Assembly (NCBI GenBank): GCA_034660395.1
Contig: JAYEJA010000054.1
Location: 1 to 62,779 of the forward strand
Length of the DNA stretch: 62,779 nucleotides
Direction of reading: 5' to 3'
Source: Actinomycetota bacterium
Lineage (GTDB): Bacteria > Actinomycetota > Humimicrobiia > Humimicrobiales > Humimicrobiaceae
Shown here piece by piece: positions 40,434 through 49,845 of the stretch (within the stretch, counting starts at the first letter, position 1; the number at the start of each line of letters is the position of its first letter). The position numbers and the translations under genes are program-made. The notes under the pieces were generated by a model, which had not been told where the DNA came from, did no database searches, and worked only from the letters and a program-made list of their open reading frames with translations.

Positions 40434-41806
40434 ATATCCGCTGCCAGATCCTCGGGAGTGGTATTGCCCAGTGCTAACTCCTGAAGACCATTATTTAATA
40501 CAGTTATAGGATCCCCGGTAATTTTGTCATCAAGTACATATGTACCGGGATGTTCTCCATAGAAAGCACCTCTTTTTACAGCAAGTGGCTCTATATCATA
40601 GCCCGATATATCCATCAAGTAAGAAGGAATCATTCCCTGCTCAAGTAACCTGATCTCTCCTCCTTCGGGTCCTGCAAAGAACGAAATCCATTTCCATGCA
40701 GCATCAGCTTTTTCTTCTGAAAGGCCTTTTTTCATACCAAAACCAGTTGCTGCTACCACAGAAGTAGAGCTGGACGGACCTACCTGACCTTCAATATCTG
40801 GAAATACAGCAAGTTCAAAATCTTCCTGTTCTTCTGCTGTCAGTAGAGGAGCTACTGCTCCTACCCTCCAGTCCCCATCAATCATAAATGGGCTTCTACC
40901 AGTCGCAAACAGGTTTGGACCATCTCCATATTCAAGCTGGGTACTTTGAGGCGGAAGCAGTCCGTTATCCCACAGTTCTTTTATAAATACAAGTGAGTCA
41001 ACAAACTCCTGGTCAGTAAATGATGCTTCTTCTGCAATCAGTGCATCCAGCCAGTCCTGGCCGGCTATTCTTCCTACAATAGTACTGAAGAGACAGGACT
41101 GCATAACCCAGGATGATTTATTGGGCATCATAATAGGGTAAAGACCAGCATCCGTTATAGGCTCTGCCATATCAACAAGTTCGCTATATGTAGCAGGCAT
41201 GCTGAGCCCAAGTGAATCCAGTAAAGCAGTATTAACATACATTACATGAGTTGCAGTGACTGCTATGGGAAGTTCCATAAGCTTACCGTCCCACTGAGGT
41301 GCAACAGCAGCAGGAGCGTAATTATCTTTATCCTCGCCTAAATATGGATAAAGGTCTGCAATAAGTTCATTCTCATACAACTCGGCACTTTTTCCACCCG
41401 GCCACAGATACATAACATCAGGCAAATCTCCTGCAGCGGCAAGAGCAGCCAGTTTCTGATGATATGCTTCATCAAAACTATTCTCAATTGTCAGTGTAAT
41501 ATTGGGATATTTTTCCTGAAATTTCTCTACAGTCTCATCCCAGGCGGCAGCTTCCGGGGAAGTAATATCAAGGTAGTTAAGCACTGTTAGTTCTACTTCC
41601 GGCCCCAGTTCAACTTCTTCTTCCTCTCCAGCTGCTTCTTCTACGGCTTCTTCTTCCTCTCCAGCTGCTTCTTCCTCTCCAGCTTCTTCTTCCTCTCCAG
41701 CTGCTTCTTCCTCTCCAGCTGCTTCCTTACATCCTGCAAGCGAAAAGGTTGCTATCATTGAAACAGTTAGAATTATTACCAGAAACAACCATAATGACTT
41801 TTTCAT
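40418..41806 (-). CDS. Sugar ABC substrate-binding lipoprotein 2
   Basis: LAGC lipobox, acidic (A)AGEEE repeat linker, SBP_bac_1-like sequence. Confidence 0.92.
   Translation of the reverse strand: MKKSLWLFLVIILTVSMIATFSLAGCKEAAGEEEAAGEEEEAGEEEAAGEEEEAVEEAAGEEEEVELGPEVELTVLNYLDITSPEAAAWDETVEKFQEKYPNITLTIENSFDEAYHQKLAALAAAGDLPDVMYLWPGGKSAELYENELIADLYPYLGEDKDNYAPAAVAPQWDGKLMELPIAVTATHVMYVNTALLDSLGLSMPATYSELVDMAEPITDAGLYPIMMPNKSSWVMQSCLFSTIVGRIAGQDWLDALIAEEASFTDQEFVDSLVFIKELWDNGLLPPQSTQLEYGDGPNLFATGRSPFMIDGDWRVGAVAPLLTAEEQEDFELAVFPDIEGQVGPSSSTSVVAATGFGMKKGLSEEKADAAWKWISFFAGPEGGEIRLLEQGMIPSYLMDISGYDIEPLAVKRGAFYGEHPGTYVLDDKITGDPITVLNNGLQELALGNTTPEDLAADIEAAR
41614..41726 (-). repeat. Intragenic tandem repeats encoding (E)AAGEEE five times
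   Basis: Core GCTGGAGAGGAAGAA repeated; only one unit in SBP1. Confidence 0.85.
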
Positions 41807-42044
41807 TTTTTATACACCCTCCTCTTATAATTTTACTTATCCACAAAATTCTAATAAAATCTTCTCTGAGATTTGTTTAGGGCTTTAGTTCCAGCAGAAC
41901 TTAAGGTATGCCTGAGCAAATCTCACTTTTTTTTCATAAAACCCTCCTTTCTTTACTCCTGTATTAACCAGGAAAGACAGCTTTCTGCTTTTTTATAATC
42001 AATCACCCCCTATTTCTATTAAGAAATTCTTTTCTTTATTGTAT
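41705..42044. repeat. Direct repeat copy 2 (~340 bp); micro-ORF cut to MKKK* (41937-41923) by an A8 tract
   Basis: Near-identical to 36480-36819. Confidence 0.92.
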
Positions 42045-42077
42045 GTAATATTTCATATTCCATGTTTTATTCACCTT

Positions 42078-43292
42078 TCATGAAGAGACGGAAAAATGAA
42101 AGATTTCCTTTAAGGGAATAGCCGCAGAAGCAATTATCCTAAAATCCTTCCCCAGGGAAATAGAGCATATTTTCAATCTGTCAGTAAGAATAGATAAGGC
42201 CTTTCCTAAAACTACTTTTTTTACTTCGGAAATAAGGAAATGGTTATTATATGCAAGTTTACCCCCGAGAATAATTACATCCGGATTTATCATATTAACC
42301 AGATTGACAATTCCTATTGCGAGATATTTAGCTGTACTGGTAGTAATTTCCTTCGCCAATTTATCATTTTTATCCAGAGCTTCGCGATAAATATAGGGTG
42401 TAACTTTTTTGATAACTCCCTTTGACAGCTTAATCATCATTGTATCTCTGCCAGTCTCTACAGAATCCACTATTTTAGAGTAAACGGCAGACCAGTTAAT
42501 ATAATTTTCAATGCAGCCCCTGTTTCCGCAGCCGCAGGCAATACCATTTATATCCATGCTTGTATGGCCGAACTCTCCCGTACCGCCGCTGTGTCCGCGA
42601 ACAATATGGTCATTTACTATAATCCCGGCTCCTACACCATCACCAATAGTAATATAGACCAGATTCTTCAATTTCTTATACTTACCAAATCTTTTTTCCG
42701 CCAGTACAATTGCATTTGTATCATTTTCAAGCCAGACTTTAAGACTGAATTCCTTCTCGACTATCTCTTTTAACGGTACGTTTTTTAATTTCAGTTTTGT
42801 ATTCTCATGAATTACTGCCTTATCAACACTTATAATTCCAGGAGAGGTAATAGAAATACCAATACATCTTTTTAAATCTTCCTTAGGATATACCTTTATA
42901 AACTTACTTATTGATTCTAAGAAGTAATCAATAAACTTTTTACCTGTTAACTTATTTACTGGATAAATTTCCTGCCTCTTTATTTTAGCTTCCAGGTTGG
43001 CTTCCGCTATTTTTATGTAAGAATTGGTGATTGCAATTGCAATAATAAATTTACTATCAGAATAAAAACGCAGCAATATCGGTTTTCTTCCACCGCTTGA
43101 TTTTCCTATCCCCTCTTCAATTACAAGTCCCTGCTTTATTAATTTTTTGACTGCCACAGTTACCGTCGTAGAACTAATTTTATTTTTCTTTGCTATTTCA
43201 CTTCGGGAGATGGGGCCATAATTTTGTATGGTTTTTAGAATTATAGATCTATTCAGTTCCTGAATTAATTTTAAATCACCTGTCCTATGCAT
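42078..43292 (-). CDS. ROK-family transcriptional repressor (NagC/XylR-like)
   Basis: N-terminal HTH (GPISRSEIA...SGGRKP), ENDTNA, GEFGH and [10 protein letters not shown]. Confidence 0.93.
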   Translation of the reverse strand: MHRTGDLKLIQELNRSIILKTIQNYGPISRSEIAKKNKISSTTVTVAVKKLIKQGLVIEEGIGKSSGGRKPILLRFYSDSKFIIAIAITNSYIKIAEANLEAKIKRQEIYPVNKLTGKKFIDYFLESISKFIKVYPKEDLKRCIGISITSPGIISVDKAVIHENTKLKLKNVPLKEIVEKEFSLKVWLENDTNAIVLAEKRFGKYKKLKNLVYITIGDGVGAGIIVNDHIVRGHSGGTGEFGHTSMDINGIACGCGNRGCIENYINWSAVYSKIVDSVETGRDTMMIKLSKGVIKKVTPYIYREALDKNDKLAKEITTSTAKYLAIGIVNLVNMINPDVIILGGKLAYNNHFLISEVKKVVLGKALSILTDRLKICSISLGKDFRIIASAAIPLKEIFHFSVSS

Positions 43293-43346
43293 CTTAAAAA
43301 CCCTTTAAAAAACTTACTTTTGCCAGTGTCCTTATTAAGTTATTAC

Positions 43347-43378
43347 ATAATATAATGTCCTTAATTTATTGTCAATAA
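43347..43378 (-). promoter_or_regulatory. Promoter of the ROK repressor with a dyad over -35
   Basis: TTGACA-17-TATTAT; TTATTG-T-CAATAA at 43366-43378. Confidence 0.55.
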
Positions 43379-43620
43379 GATTATTAAAAAAGTTTTTTTA
43401 AAGCTTAAAGATTCTTCTTAATTCCAGTAATCAGGCATCTTTATCTCATTACCTTCCCTGTCAATCACTATCTCCGGGAACTGGCTTTTTTAAAATAATA
43501 TTAGTTTATGATTATTTTCCCTGATTTTTAATGAATTTTCTTTATGATATAATCCAGACAAAGAAATAAATTTAAAATTGCCGGTTATTTTTAATAGTTT
43601 TTTAAAATTAGGATAGAAAG

Positions 43621-44265
43621 ATGATCTTCCAGAATTTCTATATTAATACAGCAGTTATTTTAGTTATCTCGTATCTAATAGGTTCCTTTCCATCTGCCTA
43701 CATTGCCGGGAGAATCAAGGGCATTGATATAAGAAAGAAGGGGAGCAGAAATGTAGGCGGCATGAACGCAATTTCAAATACAGGAAAGTTTCTGGGTATA
43801 ACAGTAATAATTTTTGATATAGCAAAGGGCGCGCTTTCCGCATATCTTGCTACCAGGTTCTCGGACCATATCTTTATACCGCTTTTGGCAGTCGTCTTTG
43901 CGGTAATAGGCCATAACTGGATGATTTACATTGGATTTAGCGGAGGCAAGGGCGTTTCCACATTTCTGGGCGGGCTTCTCTACCTTTCACCATTATCATT
44001 TCTATTCCTCTACCTTATATTCATACCTGTTGCCCTTTTTACCCTCAAGGACTCCTATCTTTCAACTGCCCTGGGGTACTTTTCCTTCTCTTTTTTCCTT
44101 ATGATTTACGAGGGAAACATCTGGTGGTTTATATTTGGAGTACTTATTACTATAATCTATATTATTAAAAGCTTTGGTCTCCTTAAAACATACTATACTG
44201 AAAACCGGAAGGATGTAAGCCCTTTAATGAAAAAAATATTTAAACCGTTTTTTAAAGGAATGTAA
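43621..44265 (+). CDS. plsY: Glycerol-3-phosphate acyltransferase PlsY
   Basis: SYLIGSFP, GSRNVGGMN, DIAKG, GHNW and FSGGKGVST motifs. Confidence 0.9.
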   Translation: MIFQNFYINTAVILVISYLIGSFPSAYIAGRIKGIDIRKKGSRNVGGMNAISNTGKFLGITVIIFDIAKGALSAYLATRFSDHIFIPLLAVVFAVIGHNWMIYIGFSGGKGVSTFLGGLLYLSPLSFLFLYLIFIPVALFTLKDSYLSTALGYFSFSFFLMIYEGNIWWFIFGVLITIIYIIKSFGLLKTYYTENRKDVSPLMKKIFKPFFKGM

Positions 44266-44267
44266 AA

Positions 44268-44723
44268 ATGAAATGTCCCTTTTGTTCAAATCCCGATACG
44301 AGAGTTATTGATTCCAGATTAACAGAGTCAAACGACTGCGTCAGAAGAAGGAGGCTGTGCGAGAAATGCGGCAGAAGATTCACCACTTATGAACGTGTGG
44401 AAAGCCAGCCAATCGCAGTGATAAAAAAAGATAATACCAGAGAGCCCTTTGACAAAAACAAGATACTCAGCGGGCTTATCAGGGCATGTATTAAAAGAAA
44501 CATAAGCACGGAACAGCTAAATAAAATCGTAGATGACATTGAAAACGAAATTTCAAGTATGCCCTCGAATGAAATACGATCAAGAGAGATAGGAAATCTT
44601 GTTTTAAAAAGACTTAAAAACCTTGATAAGGTTGCATATATAAGATTTGCTTCCGTTTACAAGCAATTTAATAATGTAAAACAATTCACAAGTGAGCTCT
44701 CGGAACTGAAAAAATCAAAATAA
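44268..44723 (+). CDS. nrdR: Transcriptional repressor NrdR
   Basis: MKCPFC..VIDSR..RRRRLCEKCGRRFTTYE, ATP cone, DKVAYIRFASVY. Confidence 0.97.
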   Translation: MKCPFCSNPDTRVIDSRLTESNDCVRRRRLCEKCGRRFTTYERVESQPIAVIKKDNTREPFDKNKILSGLIRACIKRNISTEQLNKIVDDIENEISSMPSNEIRSREIGNLVLKRLKNLDKVAYIRFASVYKQFNNVKQFTSELSELKKSK

Positions 44724-44729
44724 TTTTTT

Positions 44730-45887
44730 CTACAACTTATACCTCAGGACAGCGCCAATGCTTCCCGCTTTTATCAGTTTATCATTCCCCTCTACATCCA
44801 CTATCTCACAGCCCTGGCCCAGTGCGTCTTCAACAATTTCATCAACTATATCATTATAAAATACCATCTCTCCCCCGCAATAAGGGCACCTGTCCTTCTT
44901 CTCCGTGGTTAGATAGCTGCATCCCCTGCAAACATAACCGCTGTGAGTGAACTTACTTTCGTATATCAAAACCCTTATCTGTTCTGATAATAAGGATTTT
45001 ATAGTGGCACCAATTCCCATTACACCCATCCTGTTTGGATTATACTCATTTAATAACCTGTCAATAAGGTCATTTTTTGCCTTACTCTCAAAATCCTCAA
45101 TAACCCTTTTCGCCTTCCCGGTAATCGTTGAGATTTTTGAATCCGGCTCCTCATCAATACTCCCTATATATACCGATTTCAGGTAACTATGCATATAATT
45201 CTTAAATCCCGGGATAATCTCTTTTCTCCCTGACAATATAAGGTAATCAAATTTCTTTTCTCTAAAAAGAGCCATCACATTTTCGTTCAGCATCTTAAAA
45301 AAGTGGTGTAATTTCTCTTCCAGTCTCCCTGTAAGTTTTTTCTCCCTTAATACTGCCTGGCTTCTGTAATTTACCTTCGAGGGGACATCGCTTATAAAAG
45401 CGCCCAGATATTCATTAAGCTCTCCCAGATAAATAGAATAAATCTGCGCTTTTTCCCTGTCTATCATTAAAATTCCATATTTTTTTGAATTATTAACAAG
45501 GGCCCTTATATTCCTGGTGTACGGCTTGGGGTCAATTATTATCCTGGACTTCATTATTATCGGTATCCTGAATTCCTCCCACATGCCGCCGCCGGAAGAA
45601 AAGATTGCCAGTGTCCTGGCTGAATCTGCCCGGAACTTATCATTTACAAACGACTTTGCCTTTTCGTATATTGTATATATTTCCTTCTTTTCATGTTTAT
45701 CAATGCTTTCATCCTTATCCAGCTTTTCTTTACTTCTGACAATCATTGAATTCAGCTCTGTCTGGTAATTCTTTTTAGAAACCCTGCTCCGGTCAACCAG
45801 GAGGTATATGCTTACTACCGGTTTTCCTGTTGTCTTATAATTCAGTATTTTTTCCAGACCTGAAGTTTTTACTTCCTCATTTTTCAT
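44730..45887 (-). CDS. Bacterial aeRF1/eRF1-fold protein (baeRF family) with C-terminal Zn ribbon, no GGQ
   Basis: VVSIYL N domain, YGILMIDREKAQIY RNase H-like M domain, YLILSG, CRGC/CPYC, DEIVEDALGQG..GSIGAVLRY. Confidence 0.8.
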   Translation of the reverse strand: MKNEEVKTSGLEKILNYKTTGKPVVSIYLLVDRSRVSKKNYQTELNSMIVRSKEKLDKDESIDKHEKKEIYTIYEKAKSFVNDKFRADSARTLAIFSSGGGMWEEFRIPIIMKSRIIIDPKPYTRNIRALVNNSKKYGILMIDREKAQIYSIYLGELNEYLGAFISDVPSKVNYRSQAVLREKKLTGRLEEKLHHFFKMLNENVMALFREKKFDYLILSGRKEIIPGFKNYMHSYLKSVYIGSIDEEPDSKISTITGKAKRVIEDFESKAKNDLIDRLLNEYNPNRMGVMGIGATIKSLLSEQIRVLIYESKFTHSGYVCRGCSYLTTEKKDRCPYCGGEMVFYNDIVDEIVEDALGQGCEIVDVEGNDKLIKAGSIGAVLRYKL

Positions 45888-46032
45888 AAATAATCAATCC
45901 TCACTATTTATAATCTTTTATAACCTTCATTAAATAAAATATAGTATCTTAAAAAATAATATTGTACTACCTTTCATTTAAAGCCAATATTTATTATTAT
46001 TATACAATATTCATTCAAGAAAGAGAGCAGGG

Positions 46033-46908
46033 ATGTTTACATATATCGGATATAAGATTCTTGAAATCATAGTTATTTTATCCCCATACCCTGTTTCATA
46101 TCTTATCGCAAAATTTGGTGCAAGATTATGGTTCTCAAGCGGCGCCAATGTCAGAGTCACCCAAAAAAACGTCTGTAATGTCCTTGATGCCGGCATTAGC
46201 AATAAAAAGGCGCGCAGAATAGTACTGACCATTTTTACAAACTGGGCAAAAAATATCGTGGACTTTCTGAAACACTCCGTTATTTCAAGGGAAAAATTAA
46301 AAGAAAGGGTTGATCTAAAGGGAATGGAACATCTTAACGATGCTCTTAAAAAAGGCAGAGGCGTTGTCATTTTTACCGCGCATATAGGTAATTTCGAGTG
46401 GGGCGCATGCAGAATCGCCGTCGAAGGATATGATATATGGGGAGTAAGCCTCGTCAGAAAAAGCAGGCTGACTACAAAATTTTTTGAGTCAAAAAGATTA
46501 TCCAAGGGGTTAAAAACCCTTTATATAAACAAAATGCTTCATGTTTTTAAAATACTGAAAAACAACGGCATCGTAGCAATTCCTTCAGACTGGGACCCCA
46601 CAGGCCGGGCCTCGAGGCCGTTTACCTTCTTCGGCAAAAAAGCTTACTTTCCCACGGGTGCCCTGCAGATTACACTGAAATCCGGCGCGGAGTTTATGCC
46701 GAGCTTTATCTGGCGAAAAGGCAAATACAACCACCAGCAGATAATTGACCGCCCCCTAAAACTTATAAGAGAAGGAGATAAGGAAACATTAATACAACGA
46801 AATATGGAGATGGTTTTAAAAGTAATGGAAAAATATATAAGAAGCCATATCTCGGAGTGGGAAATGTTTCATGACATATGGGATAAAAATAATCCGCATG
46901 CTTTATAA
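46033..46908 (+). CDS. Lysophospholipid/lipid acyltransferase (LpxL/PatA-like)
   Basis: TAHIGNFEW, VAIPSDW and FFGKKAYFPTG motifs. Confidence 0.8.
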   Translation: MFTYIGYKILEIIVILSPYPVSYLIAKFGARLWFSSGANVRVTQKNVCNVLDAGISNKKARRIVLTIFTNWAKNIVDFLKHSVISREKLKERVDLKGMEHLNDALKKGRGVVIFTAHIGNFEWGACRIAVEGYDIWGVSLVRKSRLTTKFFESKRLSKGLKTLYINKMLHVFKILKNNGIVAIPSDWDPTGRASRPFTFFGKKAYFPTGALQITLKSGAEFMPSFIWRKGKYNHQQIIDRPLKLIREGDKETLIQRNMEMVLKVMEKYIRSHISEWEMFHDIWDKNNPHAL

Positions 46909-46999
46909 TTTACTCACATAAATATATAATGTTTTAATATTATAATACTTATGAAGGTTTAAGGTCTTTATAACTCTCTATTTTAAATAAATTTTTAAA

Positions 47000-49825
47000 G
47001 TGGGAATAAAAAACAAAAATAAAATTAACAGGCCCGGGGCTGAATCTGTCCCTGCTGAAACAATACACTGGCACACAAAACCTCTAAAAGAAATTGAAGA
47101 AAAATTAAATACCAGCCTAAAAACAGGTTTAAGCAAAAAAGAAGCAGAGAGTAAAATTTCAAAATATGGGTATAATGAACTTAAAGAAAAAAAAGGCAGG
47201 TCCCCGCTAAGAATATTTATCTCCCAGTTTAATGATTTCATGATATGGATACTCATTGCTGCCGCATTTATCTCCGGTGTGATTATACAAGAATATACAG
47301 ACGCAACCGTAATACTGTTCATACTAATTCTGAATTCGGTTTTAGGGTTTGTTCAGGAATACCGCGCAGAAAAAGCCCTCCAGGCACTAAAGGAGCTCTC
47401 TTCCCCTACTGCCCTGGTAATAAGAGGGGGGCAGGAGAAAAAACTCTATTCCAGAAACCTCGTTCCCGGAGATATTATAAAGCTTACGGCAGGAGACCTT
47501 GTTCCTGCTGACTGCAGGGTCACAGTGCAAACAAATCTCAGGCTTGACGAATCAATCCTCACGGGGGAATCTCATTCGGTAAATAAAAATGCCGGAGTTC
47601 TAAGCAGGGAAAATGTCCCCCTGGGAGACAGGGAAAACGTGCTTTTCAGCAGCACTACTGTTGTCAGGGGCAGGTGCGCTGCAGTCGTTACCGGCACGGG
47701 CCACGAAACTGAAATCGGTAAGATTGCCAGCATGGTCCAGGAGGAAGATGAACTAACCCCGCTACAGGTTGAACTCAAGACCGTGGGTAAAAGAATCGGA
47801 ATAATATGCCTGGCTGTCAGCGCAGTCGTTTTCCTGTCAGGAATACTTAAGGGCAACCCTGCATCACAGATGTTTTTGGTTGCCGTTGCACTTGCAGTCG
47901 CTTCCATACCGGAAGGCCTACCGGCAATAGTTACCGTGTCCCTTGCCATAGGCGTTCAAAAGATGGCCAAAAACAACGCCATAGTAAGAAAATTAAGCTC
48001 CGTAGAAACCCTTGGGAGCGTATCCGTTATATGTACCGATAAAACCGGTACATTGACCGAGAATAAAATGATGGTAAGAGAAATATATTCGGGACTTGAT
48101 GAACTGGATGATTACAATCAATTTATGGAAGAATGCGGCAGAAGTGAAAAAGTAAAAAAACCCCTGGACACCAGAAACCGAAAGGGTCTGAACCTCCTTG
48201 TTAAAAACGCCGTTCTCTGCAATGATGCCTACTACGCAAACACCGGGAGCGGACAAATTACCGGCGACCCGACAGAAGCCGCCCTTATAGAAATGGGGAG
48301 CTTTTATTCAATAGATAAAAGTGAGCTTGAAAAGGATTATCCCAGAAAGCTGGAAGAACCCTTTGATTCTGAACGTAAGATGATGACAACCATCAATAAA
48401 CTGGCAGCAGGCGACACTGGAAACAACCACAAATATATCATGCTGACAAAAGGAGCTCCCGAAGTAATACTGAAAAAATGCACCAGTATAATAAAAAATG
48501 ACAAAATAAAAAAAATTGACCCCGGTGAAAGGGATAAAATTAATAAAAATAACTACAATCTTGCGGGAAGGGCCATGAGAAATCTTGCCTTCGCTTTTAA
48601 ATATCTTGACGAACTGCCGTCAGATAAAAAAATAAAAGAAGAGGAAAGCGGCCTTGTTTATCTCGGAATGGTCGGAATGATTGACCCTCCCCGGGCAGAA
48701 GTATATGACGCCATTGATAAATGCAAGAGAGCCAATATTAAAATTATTATGGTTACAGGAGACCATAAGATTACCGCAAGTGCGATAGGACAGGAGCTTG
48801 GCATAATCGGCAGCGGAGATAAAATCCTGGAGGGAACGGAACTTGACGATTTGAGCAGTGAAGGCCTTGAAGAACAGATAGAAGACATAAGAATATTTGC
48901 CCGTGTTTCACCATCTCACAAAGTTAAAATAGTTGAAGCATTAAAGAAAAAAGGCCATATAGTTTCCATGACCGGAGATGGTATAAACGACGCTCCCTCG
49001 CTTAAAAAAGCTGATATCGGTGTTGCAATGGGCATCTCCGGAACCGATGTCAGCAAAGAGTCAAGCGATATGGTCTTAACCGATGATAACTTCGCCACCA
49101 TAGTCAAGGCCATAAAACAGGGCAGGGGCATATACGACAATCTAAAAAAATTCATACTATTTCTCTTATCCTGCAACATTTCAGAAGTGCTTCTCATGTT
49201 TATCTCAATTCTCAGTGCCGATTACATATTCTACCTTATTACCGGAGAGGCAGGCCTTCTCTATATACCGCTTTTACCCGTACAGATACTGTGGATGAAT
49301 CTCATCACCGACGGCCTGCCCGCAATGGCGCTTGGAATTGACCCGCCGGAAAAGAACATAATGGATAGAAAAGCAACAAGGAAGAAGGAACAGATTTTAA
49401 GCAGAAAAGGTCTTACCCTTATACTGTGGCAGGGTTTGATTTTAACCTCGGGAGCACTTTTTATATATTTTGCAGGTCCTCTATTATTTAGCAACAGCAC
49501 TATTCTACACGACACGCAGGTTTTTCAGACCTGTGTTTTTACCACCCTTGTCATAACCCAGCTGCTGCACACCTTTAACTTCAGATTTGTAGATAAGGGT
49601 ATATTCAGGAGAAATATCTTTGAAAACAGATACCTTGACATGGCAGTAGTATTATCAATTCTTCTTCAGATTGCCATAATTTACACTCCCTGGCTCCAGA
49701 ACATATTTAAAACTGCCGCCCTTAACTCTTATCACTGGCTCCTTATAGCAGCCAGCTCAATAATACCGGTACTTCTTATAAATTTCATAAACGAATTAAC
49801 CTATTTTAAAAAGAAGAACTCCTAA
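47000..49825 (+). CDS. P-type cation ATPase (type IIA, Ca2+-like)
   Basis: LTGES, PEGL, DKTGTLT, GDPTE, KGAPE, TGDGINDAP. Confidence 0.92.
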   Translation: MGIKNKNKINRPGAESVPAETIHWHTKPLKEIEEKLNTSLKTGLSKKEAESKISKYGYNELKEKKGRSPLRIFISQFNDFMIWILIAAAFISGVIIQEYTDATVILFILILNSVLGFVQEYRAEKALQALKELSSPTALVIRGGQEKKLYSRNLVPGDIIKLTAGDLVPADCRVTVQTNLRLDESILTGESHSVNKNAGVLSRENVPLGDRENVLFSSTTVVRGRCAAVVTGTGHETEIGKIASMVQEEDELTPLQVELKTVGKRIGIICLAVSAVVFLSGILKGNPASQMFLVAVALAVASIPEGLPAIVTVSLAIGVQKMAKNNAIVRKLSSVETLGSVSVICTDKTGTLTENKMMVREIYSGLDELDDYNQFMEECGRSEKVKKPLDTRNRKGLNLLVKNAVLCNDAYYANTGSGQITGDPTEAALIEMGSFYSIDKSELEKDYPRKLEEPFDSERKMMTTINKLAAGDTGNNHKYIMLTKGAPEVILKKCTSIIKNDKIKKIDPGERDKINKNNYNLAGRAMRNLAFAFKYLDELPSDKKIKEEESGLVYLGMVGMIDPPRAEVYDAIDKCKRANIKIIMVTGDHKITASAIGQELGIIGSGDKILEGTELDDLSSEGLEEQIEDIRIFARVSPSHKVKIVEALKKKGHIVSMTGDGINDAPSLKKADIGVAMGISGTDVSKESSDMVLTDDNFATIVKAIKQGRGIYDNLKKFILFLLSCNISEVLLMFISILSADYIFYLITGEAGLLYIPLLPVQILWMNLITDGLPAMALGIDPPEKNIMDRKATRKKEQILSRKGLTLILWQGLILTSGALFIYFAGPLLFSNSTILHDTQVFQTCVFTTLVITQLLHTFNFRFVDKGIFRRNIFENRYLDMAVVLSILLQIAIIYTPWLQNIFKTAALNSYHWLLIAASSIIPVLLINFINELTYFKKKNS

Positions 49826-49845
49826 AAGATAACCTTAATTCATAA

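Noticed and set aside
41860-41925. c-di-GMP-I (GEMM) riboswitch in the duplicated leader (CAGGCATACC...AAAGCC...CTAAA word similarity)
   Set aside because: No GNRA tetraloop or receptor and no second complete helix. The resemblance is only short words, so it is not called without cmsearch.
43400-43490. Short minus-strand frame QFPEIVIDREGNEIKMPDYWN; a similar fragment lies at 52370-52450
   Set aside because: They look protein-like but have no start, are bounded by stops and match no family I can name.
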